Origin: Octopus sinensis
Lineage: Eukaryota
Direction: 5' to 3'
NCBI RefSeq assembly: GCF_006345805.1
Contig: NW_021833679.1
Location: 1 to 56,292 of the forward strand
Length of the DNA stretch: 56,292 bases
In this document: one piece after another, positions 26,958-36,063 of the stretch
How the letters are laid out: each line of letters starts with the position of its first letter
Numbering within the stretch: the first letter of the stretch is position 1
Notes under the pieces: model-generated
The model's input: only the letters and a program-made list of their open reading frames with translations
What the model was told of the DNA's origin: nothing
The model's database searches: none
Translations under genes and position numbers: made by a program

Positions 26958-28455
26958 GTATGCATGCATGCACGTATGTATGTATGTATGCATGTATGTA
27001 TGTATGGATGTATGTATGCATGTATGCATGTATATATAAATGCTATATGCAACAGAAGCATTATTAGATTAAAATAGCACCCTGCATATCATACTTCAAG
27101 TAAATACATCAATAAAAGACAAACTAATTGTGGTATTCATGTGGACATAATATCTGTTATGGACAGACTGTGTTTAAAAACACTGGGATATATCAGTAGC
27201 AGAAGAAATTTGCCCAACAGCAGCAGCAGCAACCAGAAGGAACGCTTCATGTATTTTTCTGCCTTGTTGGTCGTTGTCAGTAGTATACACCATGTAGTGA
27301 CTAAAGAAATTGTCTAATATTGAGGCATGTAAGCCCCCAACAGAATGAGATGTAGGTTTGAGTCCCATGTGTACGGAAAATCCACTTTTTACTGTCAAGG
27401 GCTTATATGCCCCAATTGTTGTGTTGTGACCTCCTTCGGTCATGTATGACCATGGGATTGCACTTAGAAAATACCCTCTGAGGCACAAGTCTGGGCACGG
27501 TTGTTTATGGAAGATCAGAAGTCGCCCATGCATACTGGCCTCTCGTCTCCATGCCACCGATGTTATCCAAGGGAAAGGCAAAGGGGCAGATACAGCTTGG
27601 CACCTGTGACGTCGCAGCTCATTTATTAACGTGCAAGTGGCCGAGCACTCAACAGACACGTGTGCCCTTAACGTAGTTCTCGGGGAGATTCAGCCTGACA
27701 CAGTGTGACAAGGCTGACCCCTTTGAAATACAGGTACAACAGAAACAGGAAGAAAGAGTGAGAGAAAGCTGTGGTGAAAGAGTACAGCAGGGATCACCAC
27801 CATCCCCTGCCGGCGCCTACTGGAGCTTTGGGTATTTTCGCTCAATAAACACTCACAATGCCCTGTCGGGGAATCGAAACTGCAATCTTATGACCCAATA
27901 TTAGACTATTTTCTTTAATCAATACACGGTGACTACTCATTAGCTTTAAGCTTACAAACTATCATTATCATATACTCATCACTACTTCTCAAATCCTCAT
28001 AGAAAATACATAAATGTAAGTTAGTTTTCTATTTACCCTTTCTATAAAAATTTCATTCCTAATGTTTTTTCTTCTTCTGTTGTGTCTGGGGAGGGTCATT
28101 TTCTTTTTGTGCCTTATTATTTAACACACTCACCGGTAAAATTTCCACTTATTTCTTATTTTCATTTTCCTAAAATTTTCATTGCGCCTTGCAACCTTTC
28201 CATTAATCTTGACTCTGTCCGTTATTTACACAGCGTTTTTTTTTCTTCTGTTTTGACAGGAAAGGCCGGCAAAGATCTATTATGCGACGCATGAAAAACA
28301 GACTGACAGAGCCATACACCAACCCCTTATTCAGGAATAAATATAACACAAACAAAATGGAATCAAGTCGTAGAGTGAAATGGTCAGAGCCTGAGAACTA
28401 TTCACCACATTATGTGTCACCATATTTCGAAGCAGAACATGATTTCAGACGTTAA
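329..28455 (+). CDS. Spliced CDS (21 exons in window, 5'-incomplete) of a large type-I membrane protein: pentraxin/LamG-HYR-sushi-SEA-like-8xGCC-SEA-like-GCC-TM-tail; SVEP1/Uninflatable-like domain set
   Basis: 21 GT-AG exons joined by hand with matching phases give one open frame of 3,279 nt ending in TAA at 28453-28455. It contains Cys-rich repeats, a hydrophobic helix and a basic stop-transfer segment. Domain names come from motif recognition, not an HMM search. Confidence 0.9.
783..1277 (+). mobile_element. Two tandem tRNA-derived SINEs, family A (others at 38200-38517, 43015-43200, 53273-53522, 54652-54902, all minus)
   Basis: Head ggcgcgtggcttagtggttagg (A box) ... ggtttcgattcc (B box), shared body cttgagcaaaacacttcattcacgttgctccagtccactcagctggcaaaaatgagtaac. 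Confidence 0.85.
2101..2473. mobile_element. MITE with ~76-bp terminal inverted repeats, inserted in an old SINE
   Basis: tgtagtaaagat...gtaatttagccccagga at left matches the reverse complement of tcctggggctaaattac...ctttactaca at right. Confidence 0.8.
2680..2811 (+). CDS. Exon 2: N-terminal half of HYR-like domain
   Basis: [21 protein letters not shown]...SLNE matches the HYR start D..pP.f..C..dI; gaag/gtaag; phase 1-1, 132 nt. Confidence 0.8.
3745..3840 (+). CDS. Exon 3: C-terminal half of HYR-like domain
   Basis: [32 protein letters not shown] (G...V.Y...D...N...C...v.V); tttcag/gtgag; 96 nt, phase 1-1. Confidence 0.85.
5632..5802 (+). CDS. Exon 4: sushi/CCP-like domain
   Basis: [57 protein letters not shown]; tttcag/gtaag; 171 nt, phase 1-1. 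Confidence 0.8.
6409..6643 (+). CDS. Exon 5: SEA-like module A, part 1
   Basis: [14 protein letters not shown]...[21 protein letters not shown]...[11 protein letters not shown]; ttccag/gtaag; phase 1 to 2. Confidence 0.85.
6680..7248 (-). mobile_element. Internally deleted mariner (Tc1/mariner) element
   Basis: 30-bp TIRs ttgggttgtccggaaagtt(c/a)g(t/g)gccgattt (6680-6709 and 7219-7248, 2 mismatches), TA at both ends; ORF 6754-7065 has [16 protein letters not shown] and the mariner C-terminus. Confidence 0.95.
6754..7065 (-). pseudogene. Mariner transposase remnant (N-terminal ~10 aa fused to C-terminal ~90 aa)
   Basis: [10 protein letters not shown] followed directly by ...[33 protein letters not shown]...; the DNA-binding domain and first two catalytic Asp are missing. 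Confidence 0.85.
8208..8298 (+). CDS. Exon 6: SEA-like module A, part 2
   Basis: [31 protein letters not shown]; ttcccag/gtatg; 91 nt, phase 2 to 0. Confidence 0.8.
8326..8725 (+). mobile_element. Non-autonomous Helitron-like element, copy 1
   Basis: 5' TCTTTATATATAAAA; 3' hairpin CCCGAGCAACGCCGGG then CTAG followed by T. Confidence 0.75.
8812..8875 (+). CDS. Exon 7: end of module A plus C..G......C linker
   Basis: [21 protein letters not shown]; polyT-acaag acceptor, gtaag donor; 64 nt, phase 0 to 1, needed to bridge exons 6 and 8. Confidence 0.8.
9274..9315 (-). ncRNA. Hammerhead-like motif, second copy (core CUGUAGA)
   Basis: Reverse complement reads gtcccttt-ctgtaga-a-gagc-gtag-gctc-gaaacgta-aaagac. 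Confidence 0.55.
10058..10476 (+). mobile_element. Non-autonomous Helitron-like element, copy 2
   Basis: A|TCTTTATATATAAAA ... CCCGAGCAACGCCGGGCGATACTGCTAG|T. Confidence 0.8.
10518..10679 (+). CDS. Exon 8: GCC2/GCC3 (ephrin-receptor-like) repeat 1
   Basis: [54 protein letters not shown]; 162 nt, phase 1-1. Confidence 0.92.
12555..12719 (+). CDS. Exon 9: GCC repeat 2
   Basis: [55 protein letters not shown]; ttgcag/gtaag; 165 nt. Confidence 0.92.
13167..13328 (+). CDS. Exon 10: GCC repeat 3
   Basis: [54 protein letters not shown]; 162 nt. Confidence 0.92.
13895..13990. repeat. 3 x 32-bp tandem repeat
   Basis: tactgttcaataaaatactctgtacatattat at 13895, 13927, 13959. Confidence 0.95.
14058..14219 (+). 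CDS. Exon 11: GCC repeat 4
   Basis: [54 protein letters not shown]; 162 nt. Confidence 0.92.
14270..14490 (+). mobile_element. RTE-like SINE/LINE 3' end with (GAT)n tail (also 1540-1940 minus, 15420-15795, 32590-32850)
   Basis: ggcgttaggaagggcatccagctgtagaaac...aaccgtccaaccc.tgc.agc.(t/c)ggaaa..ggacgttaaatgatgatgat. Confidence 0.7.
14941..15105 (+). CDS. Exon 12: GCC repeat 5
   Basis: [55 protein letters not shown]; 165 nt. Confidence 0.92.
15962..16129 (+). CDS. Exon 13: GCC repeat 6
   Basis: [56 protein letters not shown]; 168 nt; not in the supplied ORF track, found by reading. Confidence 0.92.
16498..16653 (+). CDS. Exon 14: GCC repeat 7
   Basis: [52 protein letters not shown]; 156 nt. 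Confidence 0.92.
16826..17323. mobile_element. Non-autonomous Tc1/pogo-type MITE within (TA)n
   Basis: Ends ccataaattcttgagcatag and ttatactcgaggatttacag are degenerate TIRs; TA flanks; internal gtataatacgca repeats. Confidence 0.65.
17476..17649 (+). CDS. Exon 15: GCC repeat 8
   Basis: [58 protein letters not shown]; ttacag/gtaag; 174 nt. Confidence 0.9.
18400..18682 (+). CDS. Exon 16: SEA-like module B, part 1
   Basis: [18 protein letters not shown]...[20 protein letters not shown]...[12 protein letters not shown]; phase 1 to 2; homologous to exon 5. Confidence 0.85.
19405..19495 (+). CDS. Exon 17: SEA-like module B, part 2
   Basis: [31 protein letters not shown]; tttag/gtaag; 91 nt, phase 2 to 0 (same size and phase as exon 6). 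Confidence 0.82.
19685..20075. repeat. Tandem triplication of a ~137-bp unit
   Basis: ccgaattgctaagttatggggact...tacatattctt repeated at ~19685, 19822, 19960. Confidence 0.9.
20204..20300 (+). CDS. Exon 18: end of module B plus Cys linker
   Basis: [32 protein letters not shown]; tttcag/gtagg; 97 nt, phase 0 to 1. Confidence 0.82.
20353..20750 (+). mobile_element. Non-autonomous Helitron-like element, copy 3
   Basis: A|TCTTTATATATAAAA ... CCCGAGCAACGCTGGGCGATGCTGCTAG|T. Confidence 0.8.
22931..23104 (+). CDS. Exon 19: GCC repeat 9
   Basis: [58 protein letters not shown]; ttgtag/gtgag; 174 nt. Confidence 0.9.
23621..23653 (+). ncRNA. Decayed hammerhead of a related family with canonical CUGAAGA core
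   Basis: ttt-ctgaaga-a-gagc-ttt-gctc-aaaacata-aaa; differs from an intact GAAACGUA by two CpG>CpA changes. Confidence 0.4.
25332..25534 (+). mobile_element. ~200-bp (TA)n-associated repeat carrying the hammerhead motif (Penelope-like pLTR fragment or retrozyme-like); other copies 9185-9372(-), 49286-49450(+), 49672-49854(-), 55724-55890(+)
   Basis: The copies align by eye, from cgccatg in the three longest copies through to ttttcgtaaac..cc, and all adjoin (TA)n tracts. The PLE assignment is inferred from the ribozyme type. Confidence 0.65.
25403..25442 (+). ncRNA. Minimal type-I hammerhead-ribozyme-like motif (U6 variant)
   Basis: GUCUUU-CUGUCGA-A-GAGC(GUAG)GCUC-GAA-AC/GU-A-AAAGAC: 6-bp stem I, 4-bp stem II, loopless palindromic stem III, GUA cleavage triplet (cut after 25436). 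Activity untested. Confidence 0.65.
25602..25698 (+). CDS. Exon 20: transmembrane helix
   Basis: [32 protein letters not shown](R); tttacag/gtaag; 97 nt, phase 1 to 2. Confidence 0.9.
25718..27030. repeat. Large interrupted (ATGT)n array
   Basis: Direct reading; source of the MYVC/HTYI ORFs. Confidence 0.95.
28260..28455 (+). CDS. Exon 21 (terminal): cytoplasmic tail
   Basis: Strong polypyrimidine tract and gacag acceptor in phase 2; (R)[64 protein letters not shown]; basic residues follow the TM as expected. Confidence 0.85.
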
Positions 28456-29450
28456 TCTTCAGGAATTATGATATAATCCTATCAAGAACTGTTCATCCTA
28501 ATCCAATTATCTGTGACTGTTACTATTAATACTAACTCTATTGTTACTAATGCAAACTATTATTATTGTTTTTTTTTGTGTGTGTATGGTAAGCATCATG
28601 AAGTAAGACTTGGGCAGCAAACTCTCACATAATCTTTCTAATAGAGTTAAGTCTGCGAATTCAAAATGAGACTTAGAAAGCTGTTGTTGTTTCGTGTTTC
28701 TTAGCAATTTGCTAATTCACTTCAAAAACGGTGTAAAATGCTCTTCCAAACAAACAAAGAAACAAAAAAAATTTAAACTAAAATATAAAAGAAAAATGAT
28801 GTCATCACATGCTTATTCCTCATTCCCAACCTCTTTTCCCCCATCCTTGTAAATGTCTGACCCCCCCGTAATATTAATTTAAATCCATGGAAGAGGTATC
28901 GGATACGGTGTGAAGAATATTTTTGGTAATATGATGTATTTACAAAATAATTGTTTCATATTTATATGTAACAGCTTAAAATTTGGGGTGTTTTTGAAAA
29001 AAAAAAAAAAAAATGAGCGTAAATGGGAAGTTGTGGAGCTCATGCCTTTCCCCTGAAAACTTAGAGTTGAAAATGGTATTGTCGTATCTCCCCCCCCCCA
29101 CACACACATGAGAATCGAAACCATATATATATATATATATACATATATGTATAAATGCTATATGCAACAGAAGTAGTATTAGATTAAAATAACACCTGCA
29201 TTTATGGAATCAGCTTTACTTCCTGCCACTGAAAACATGTAGCTTTGTGGCTTTGTGCATGTGTTACAAATCATTATTATATCACTTGTGATTGATGTAA
29301 TGAAACGTTGGTGTTACTTTGGTATGGGATCTACAACATCAAGGGCGATTACTTTATGTTAGTTTTTAGTTACTTTACATTGTAAAACTCGCAGCTGCCA
29401 AACTCGTGTGATCTGCGAGCTTATTTCAATTATTATAGTATTTATTCTTA

Positions 29451-29687
29451 TGTGTCTGGGGAGAGTCATTCTCTTTTTGTGCCTTATTATTTAACACACT
29501 CACCGGTAAAATTTCCACTTATTTCTTATTTTTATTTTCCTAAAATTTCCGTTGCGTCAAGTCTAATGAAAAGGTTGCAAGACACAACGAAATTTTAGGA
29601 AAATAAAAATAAGGAATAAATGGAAATTTTACCGGTGAGTGTGTTAAATTATGAGACACAAAAAGAAAACGACTCTCCCCAGACACA
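29451..29687. mobile_element. Fold-back (hairpin) MITE in the putative 3' UTR; single-arm copy at 28081-28213
   Basis: tgtgtctggggagagtc...aaaatttccgttgcgtc is near-perfectly inverted by gacacaacgaaatttt...gactctccccagacaca (~105-bp arms). Confidence 0.8.
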
Positions 29688-30832
29688 ACAGAATATGCTT
29701 CAACACACGAACTCATATAAAGAATCTTGCAAAACAAATCCAAAAACGAAGTATTTATTTTTACTTTATTATTATTATTTACTAAGACATAAATGAAATA
29801 TTAATTTATTATTATTAAAATGATAAGAATTTTGAAAAAAAATACATCTATAATGCTAAGTATGTACAAAAGAATTTAGTGCAAAACATCTTTAGCCAGC
29901 TTGTTTAGTGTTTTTAGAAATTGAAAAATAAGCTAAAAAGCAACCTAAAGTAATCGTCCCTTAGATTGTAGATCACACGCCAAAGTAGTACCAAAATGAT
30001 TGAGTTCACAAACATATTGAACATTAAGTGACGGTTTTATCACTAATACCCTTTGTAAATATCTGAATGCCAGCAACTCTCAAATATATTTATTATTATT
30101 AAAGAAAAAAAGAAAGGCAGCGCGTAGCCATTGTTGTCTGGTGAGAAAGAAATCATTGACATATGTCTGTAAAGCGGCCAAATGGTAGAATCGTTAGCAT
30201 GCCAGATAAATTGCCAAGCGGCATTTCGTCCATCTTAACGTTCTGATTTCCAATACTGCTGTACTCGACTTAGCCTTTCGTCAAATCAGGATCGATTAAG
30301 CAAGTACTAGTAGAATACTGTGGTCGATTTAATTGACTAGTTCCCTCCCACCGAAATTTCAGGTCTTGTGCTGATAACAGAAAGGATTATTATAAAATTC
30401 TGTGAAAGCAGCAAGCCAGCAGAATTGTTAGCTAAGTGACATTTCTTCCAACTCTTTGCATTCTGAGTTCAAATTCTACCTAGGTTGACTTTGCCTTTTA
30501 TTTTTTCAGAGTCGATAAAATGGGTACCACTTTAGTACAGGGATCAATTTTATCAATTAACTGCTTCAAACCCCATTCGAATTTCTGGATTTGCTCCAAA
30601 ATTTGAAACAGTTTCGATTTTAAGTGGAGGCGAATTAATTCCATTTTGCCTCTGGTCTTATGACCATGGGAAAGGCATGAAGACACAACTTGCTTTTTAT
30701 TTATTTATTTAATTGGTACTTTTGAAGTTCCTCAGATTATATATATCTATAAACGAAACTAATATTTTCCACTTGGATTTCGTTGGTATTAAAATCTTAT
30801 ATTTATATTTGTGTATGTATGTGTGTGAGTGG

Positions 30833-30876
<44 letters not shown>

Positions 30877-30883
30877 GTCTTTA

Positions 30884-30955
<72 letters not shown>

Positions 30956-31219
30956 ATATATATGCATGCATATATGTGGTGTGTGAAAGAGAGTGTGTAT
31001 ATGTATATATGTATATGTATATGTGTTATAGCATACAAAATTTTTCCAGTATTTGTTTTGGTACATATGTACATGTTTGTGTCTGTGTGTGTATATATAT
31101 ATATTATATATATATATATATACATGTTCAGTTATATTGTTATATATATTGTAATTATATTGTTGTGTAAATAAAAAGTTTATAATGTTCATTGTTGTTT
31201 TTTGTAGTTTTTATCTTTA

Positions 31220-32218
31220 CTAGCGAGACCCGTGAATATTTCACGGAATTAATGGTAAACCTTTTGGGCTATCTCTAAAAACTTTATCCAAAAACCCTGA
31301 AAGCGTAGCCTGTGTTGTGTCTGAATGGAGAGATATTCACTCATCTGCTTCTCATTGAAAAGTGAAATTAAATTGGAATATGATGATTACTTAATGCACT
31401 TCACAGATACGCTTTATATACTTTATGCATAATTTTATATACACAGCACTCATAAAATAAATATTCACTCATATTTTTCCATTTTCCCCATTAACAAAAG
31501 AGAAAAAATATCCTGTACATATGATACAATCTTTAGTTAAACTTCATATATCTGCCACGTACATAAATGTGAATATTTCATGGAATTGCATTTATGCGCA
31601 TGCGTTAAGTGATAGGTGATATTAAAAAAAACTTGGTTCAATTAAAAAAAAATACACTTTGCACAATTCACTCACCACTGCTACCACCACCACCACCACC
31701 ACCATCTGACTCTCCTCTCTCACTCCCTCCTCTCTCTCTCTCTGCTTTTCTTTAACCTTATCTTCAGAACATCACCCCTCTGCTAAAATTAAATTTTTAA
31801 CTCTCCTCCTCTCTATCATCACTACCTTCAACTAGTTTTTTTCAACCATGTAATAAACATTACATTCCTCCTACCCCATGCAATGGACGCTTCTCTCTCC
31901 CTCTCTTTTTTCTCCCTCTCTCTGTCTCCCACTCTTTGCTTTATCCTCTTTCTCTCTCTCTCTCTCCTTTTTCATTCTCCCTCATGTTCTCTCTTTTTCC
32001 TCAACTAATCACATGAAAGCGTTACAACTAAGTTCCTTCTACCGCACGTCATGGTTGCATCTCTCTCTCTCTCTCTTTTTTTTTCTCTCTTTCTCTCTTT
32101 TTTTCTCTCTCTCTTTTTTCTCTCTCTCTTTGTCTCTCCCTCTTTTTCTCTCTCCCTCTAATCACGTGAACGTGTTGCGGACAGGCTAAGTAACGGAATG
32201 ACAAGCAGAATTAAAAGA
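31220..32218 (-). mobile_element. Possible ~1-kb Helitron-like element of a second family
   Basis: Minus-strand 3' end CCGTGAAATATTCACGG hairpin + GTCTCGCTAG|T at 31220; candidate A|TC 5' end at 32218 is uncertain. Confidence 0.45.
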
Positions 32219-32863
32219 TTTTTGCACTTTTCTTTTCAGCGCCATTTCCATCTCTTGTTTCCACTTTTTTTTATGGAATATTTAGTTGCCAACTCATACA
32301 TGTGTTGAAATAAATGCCTTGCGGTATTTATTCTTGTTTTGGTCCCTTATATCCTGAGTTCAAATCCTAGCAAGGATTGTGTGTCTGTGTTTGTCCCCCT
32401 AGCATTGCTTGACAATGTTTATGTCCCCCGTTACTTAGCGGTTCGGCAAAAGAGACCGATAGAATAAGTACTGGGCTTACAAAAGAATAAGTCCCGGGGT
32501 CGAGTTGCTCGATTAAAGGTGGTGCTCCAGCATGGCCGCAGTCAAATGACTGAAACAAGTAAAAGAGTAAAAGAGTAAAGAGTAATATCTGGACTGGCTC
32601 CTGTGCAGGTGACACATAAAAACACCATTTGAGTGTGGCTGTTGCCAGTGCCACCTGATTGGCCCTCGTGCTGGTGGCACGTAAAACACTCACTACACTC
32701 TCGGATTGGTTGGCATTAGGAAGGGCATCAAGCTTTAGAAACGCTGCCAGATCAAGACCGGAGCCTGGTGCAGCCATCTGGCTCACCAATCTCCGGTCAA
32801 ACTGTCCAACCCATGCCACCATGGAAAGCGGACGTTAAACGATGATGATGATGTACACATGTG

Positions 32864-32929
<66 letters not shown>

Positions 32930-33753
32930 TGCATGTCTGCGTGATGTCCCCCACCACAGCTTGTCAACTGATGTTGTGTTTATGTCCTCATAACTTAGTG
33001 GTCCAGCTAAAGAAATTGACAGAATAAGTTCCTGGCTTAAAGAAATAATTTCAGGGGTTGATTCATTCAACTAAAATTTCTTCAAGGCCAAACCCAAGCA
33101 TGGCTGGAGCCTAATGATTGTAACAGGTAAAATAGAAAATATATGTGTGTATGTATACGTGCAGATTTGTATGTATGTATGTATGTATGTATGTATGAAT
33201 GTATGTATGTATGTATGTATGTATGTATGTATGTATGTATGTATGTATGTATGTAGGTATGTATGTACGCCCACCAAGCTTGCTTGGTGAGGAGGGTGTT
33301 TATTGGACACCCCGCGGGATGAAAAACAAAACCCGTTAAAGGGCGGAGGAACTCTTGAGAGTCAACGGCCATCCAATAAATGTCTTAAGGCTGTATCATG
33401 CGCGGGGACATAGAAATAATCGGACTGAATATCCGATCGCGCGGCTAAACCATTGGGAGTGAAGGACTCCTAGCCTTTGTTAGGGCATTCTTCTAGAAGG
33501 TAACTCAGGTAACTGGGATAACTCCGACATAAAACCTGCGGCTCAGTGGTTACCGATGATGTTGACTTGTTCTTCTTTTCGGATTGTGGATGCTGTTGCT
33601 TAGTGAGTGGGATTGACTCAGTGCACAGCCTTTCCTCACTTAAAAAAAAATCTTCTTGCACAGGCATTGCACGATAACAACATTGATTAAGCTTCGTGCA
33701 ATGGCCATACTCGATAACGAGGGCGCAGCCACCATGTATGTGTGTATGTGTGC

Positions 33754-33785
<32 letters not shown>

Positions 33786-34899
33786 ATGTATGTATGTATG
33801 CATGTATGTATGTATGCATGTATGTATGCATGTATGTATGTATGCATCTATGTGTGTATAATCGATCAATTATCCATAGGCCTGAAATAAGCACACTCTA
33901 AAAGATTATCTTTTTTAGTTGTAATATTTTGCGCAGTCGTTAGTCATGGACGGTCAGAAAGTTATCATTGGTTTCGCGTCTGTTATTGGACTTAGCAATA
34001 TAGGCCACTGATCAGATCTGCTAGCTGGGGGTAGCACATAACCTCTTTACTAATGAAGGTAAAGTTGCAGGCTTAGTCAGCATGGTGGTAAAAATATGAC
34101 AAAAAATACCTGAACCTAAAAAAAATGTTTTCGAAAGGAAACCCTCTTCTGGGAGAGCCAGAGTTACCTCCCTTTGAACGATTCAAGTTGTATCCGAAAA
34201 GTGTCAGTTTATGCACATTTATCGTTCACTAGTCAGTAAGTGGGGAAGCCTACGTTTCCAAGATAACTTTTCTCTCATGAGGGCACTTTTTGAATTTAAG
34301 ACGGCATGCAGACCAAGCGAATTTGTTAGGATTTTTGTCCCAGCCACATCGGAAATCGGGCTGGGAAGTAAGGATATTGAGAAAAATCAACAATGACGTA
34401 AGAAGAGCATCCAGCCTCTCCTTATGTGGTGATACCAATGAAATTATGTCATCGTCTAAGGCAAACCAGGGTAGAGGCAAAGTTCATCCAGTTCGATATG
34501 GTGTATTTTTATCAGTCTACATCGAAAGGGTTATTACAGAAGGTGCTTACGCTTGCTAAGGAATTTACAGTATACGTTTGTGTGTCTGTGTTTGACCCCT
34601 CAACATAGCTTGACAACCGGTGTTGGTGTGTTTACGTCCCCGTAACATAGCGGTTCGGGAAAAGAGAACGGATAGAGTAAGTACTAGGCTTACGAAGAAT
34701 AAGTCCTGGGGTCGATTTGCTCGACTAAAGGCGGTGCTCCGGCATGGTGTGTTTACATCCCTGTAACTTAGCGGTTTGGTAAAAGAGACCGATAGAATAA
34801 GTACTGGGCTTACAAAAGAATAAGTCCGGGGTCGAGTTGCTCGACTAAAGGCGGTGCTCCAGCATGGCCGCAGTCAAATGACTGAAACAAGTAAAAGAG

Positions 34900-34930
<31 letters not shown>

Positions 34931-35353
34931 GTGTGTATATGTTTGTGTGTCTGTGTTTGTCCCCCTAGCATTGCTTGACAACCGATGCTGGTGTGTTTAT
35001 GTCCCCGTAACCTTAGCGGTTCGGCAAAAGAGACCGATAGAATAAGTACTTGGCTTACAAAGAATAAGTCCCGGGGTCGATTTGCTCGAGTAAAGGCGGT
35101 GCTCCAGCATGGCCGCAGTCAAATGACTGAAACAAGTAAAAGAGTAAAAAGAGATGTGCTTCTTATATGACATCAAATACGATGCATTTGTATTAATAAC
35201 CAAGTCCTGTTTGTTTCGTTGTGATTTGAGGAAGATTTGGTTGCTGTTTCTAGCAGAGTAAATGACTACTTCATTACGTCGTTTACATAATGGCAACCTT
35301 ATATGTTGACTTACATTTGAGTGAACATTTAAGAATTATGGGAAACGTTGAGA

Positions 35354-35762
35354 GGTGCAGGAGTGGCTGTGTGGTAAGTAGCTTGTTTACCAACCACATG
35401 GTTCCGGGTTCAGTCCCACTGCGTGGCATCTTGGGCAAGTGTCTTTTTTCTATAGCCTCAGGCCGACCAATGCCTTGTGAGTGGATTTGGTAGACGGAAA
35501 CTGAAAGAAGCCCGTCGTATATATGTATATATATATGTATGTGCGTGTATGTTTGTGTGTCTGTATTTGTCCCCCTAGCATTGCTTGACAACCGATGCTG
35601 GTGTGTTTACGTCCCCGTCACTTAGCGGTTGGGCAAAAGAGACCGATAGAATAAGTACTGGGCTTACAAAAGAATAAGTCCGGGGTCGAGTTGCTCGACT
35701 AAAGGCGGTGCTCCAGCATGGCCGCAGTCAAATGACTGAAACAAGTAAAAGAGTAAAAAAGA
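35354..35762 (+). mobile_element. Bipartite SINE family D with internal (TA)/(TG) microsatellite and (AAAAGAGT)n tail (also 5888-6305, 20964-21404, 37575-38090 on minus)
   Basis: ggtgcaggagtggctgtgtggtaag...gaagcccgtcg-(TA/TG)n-tgtctgtgtttgtcccc...gactgaaacaagtaaaagagtaaaag; same order in all full copies. Confidence 0.85.
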
Positions 35763-36063
35763 GCTATTTGTATTTAGTACAAACAGCTTATTGAATTATA
35801 GGAGAAAAAACGTAATTACCTCCCTTGCACGTAATAGTTTCAATGAAGCGATACTAGTTTTTCAACCTTCAACCTCTCGGTGTGGTCGCTCAGTATGCTC
35901 AAAATAGCAGCCAAATATACTTTTAATCATCCCACATCGGCAAACCGTGTACCGTAACCAAATGTTCAGAATAGGCAGTGGACAGTAATAAAGTAAACTG
36001 TTCAATAAAATGTCTTATAATTTTCAGACAAACTAACTTCTAAATGAATTATTTTAATGCTCT

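Noticed and set aside
25895-27067. Many long ORFs of MYVC/HTYI/IYLS/YI type here and at 75-617 (5' part), 43407-44591, 30713-31192
   Set aside because: Translations of (ATGT)n, (TCTA)n and (TA)n microsatellites; no coding signal.
27174-27659. 161-aa minus-strand ORF and a poly-Q/poly-S stretch at 27200-27330
   Set aside because: Mostly SINE-derived sequence plus a short CAG repeat; no splice-consistent role in the receptor gene.
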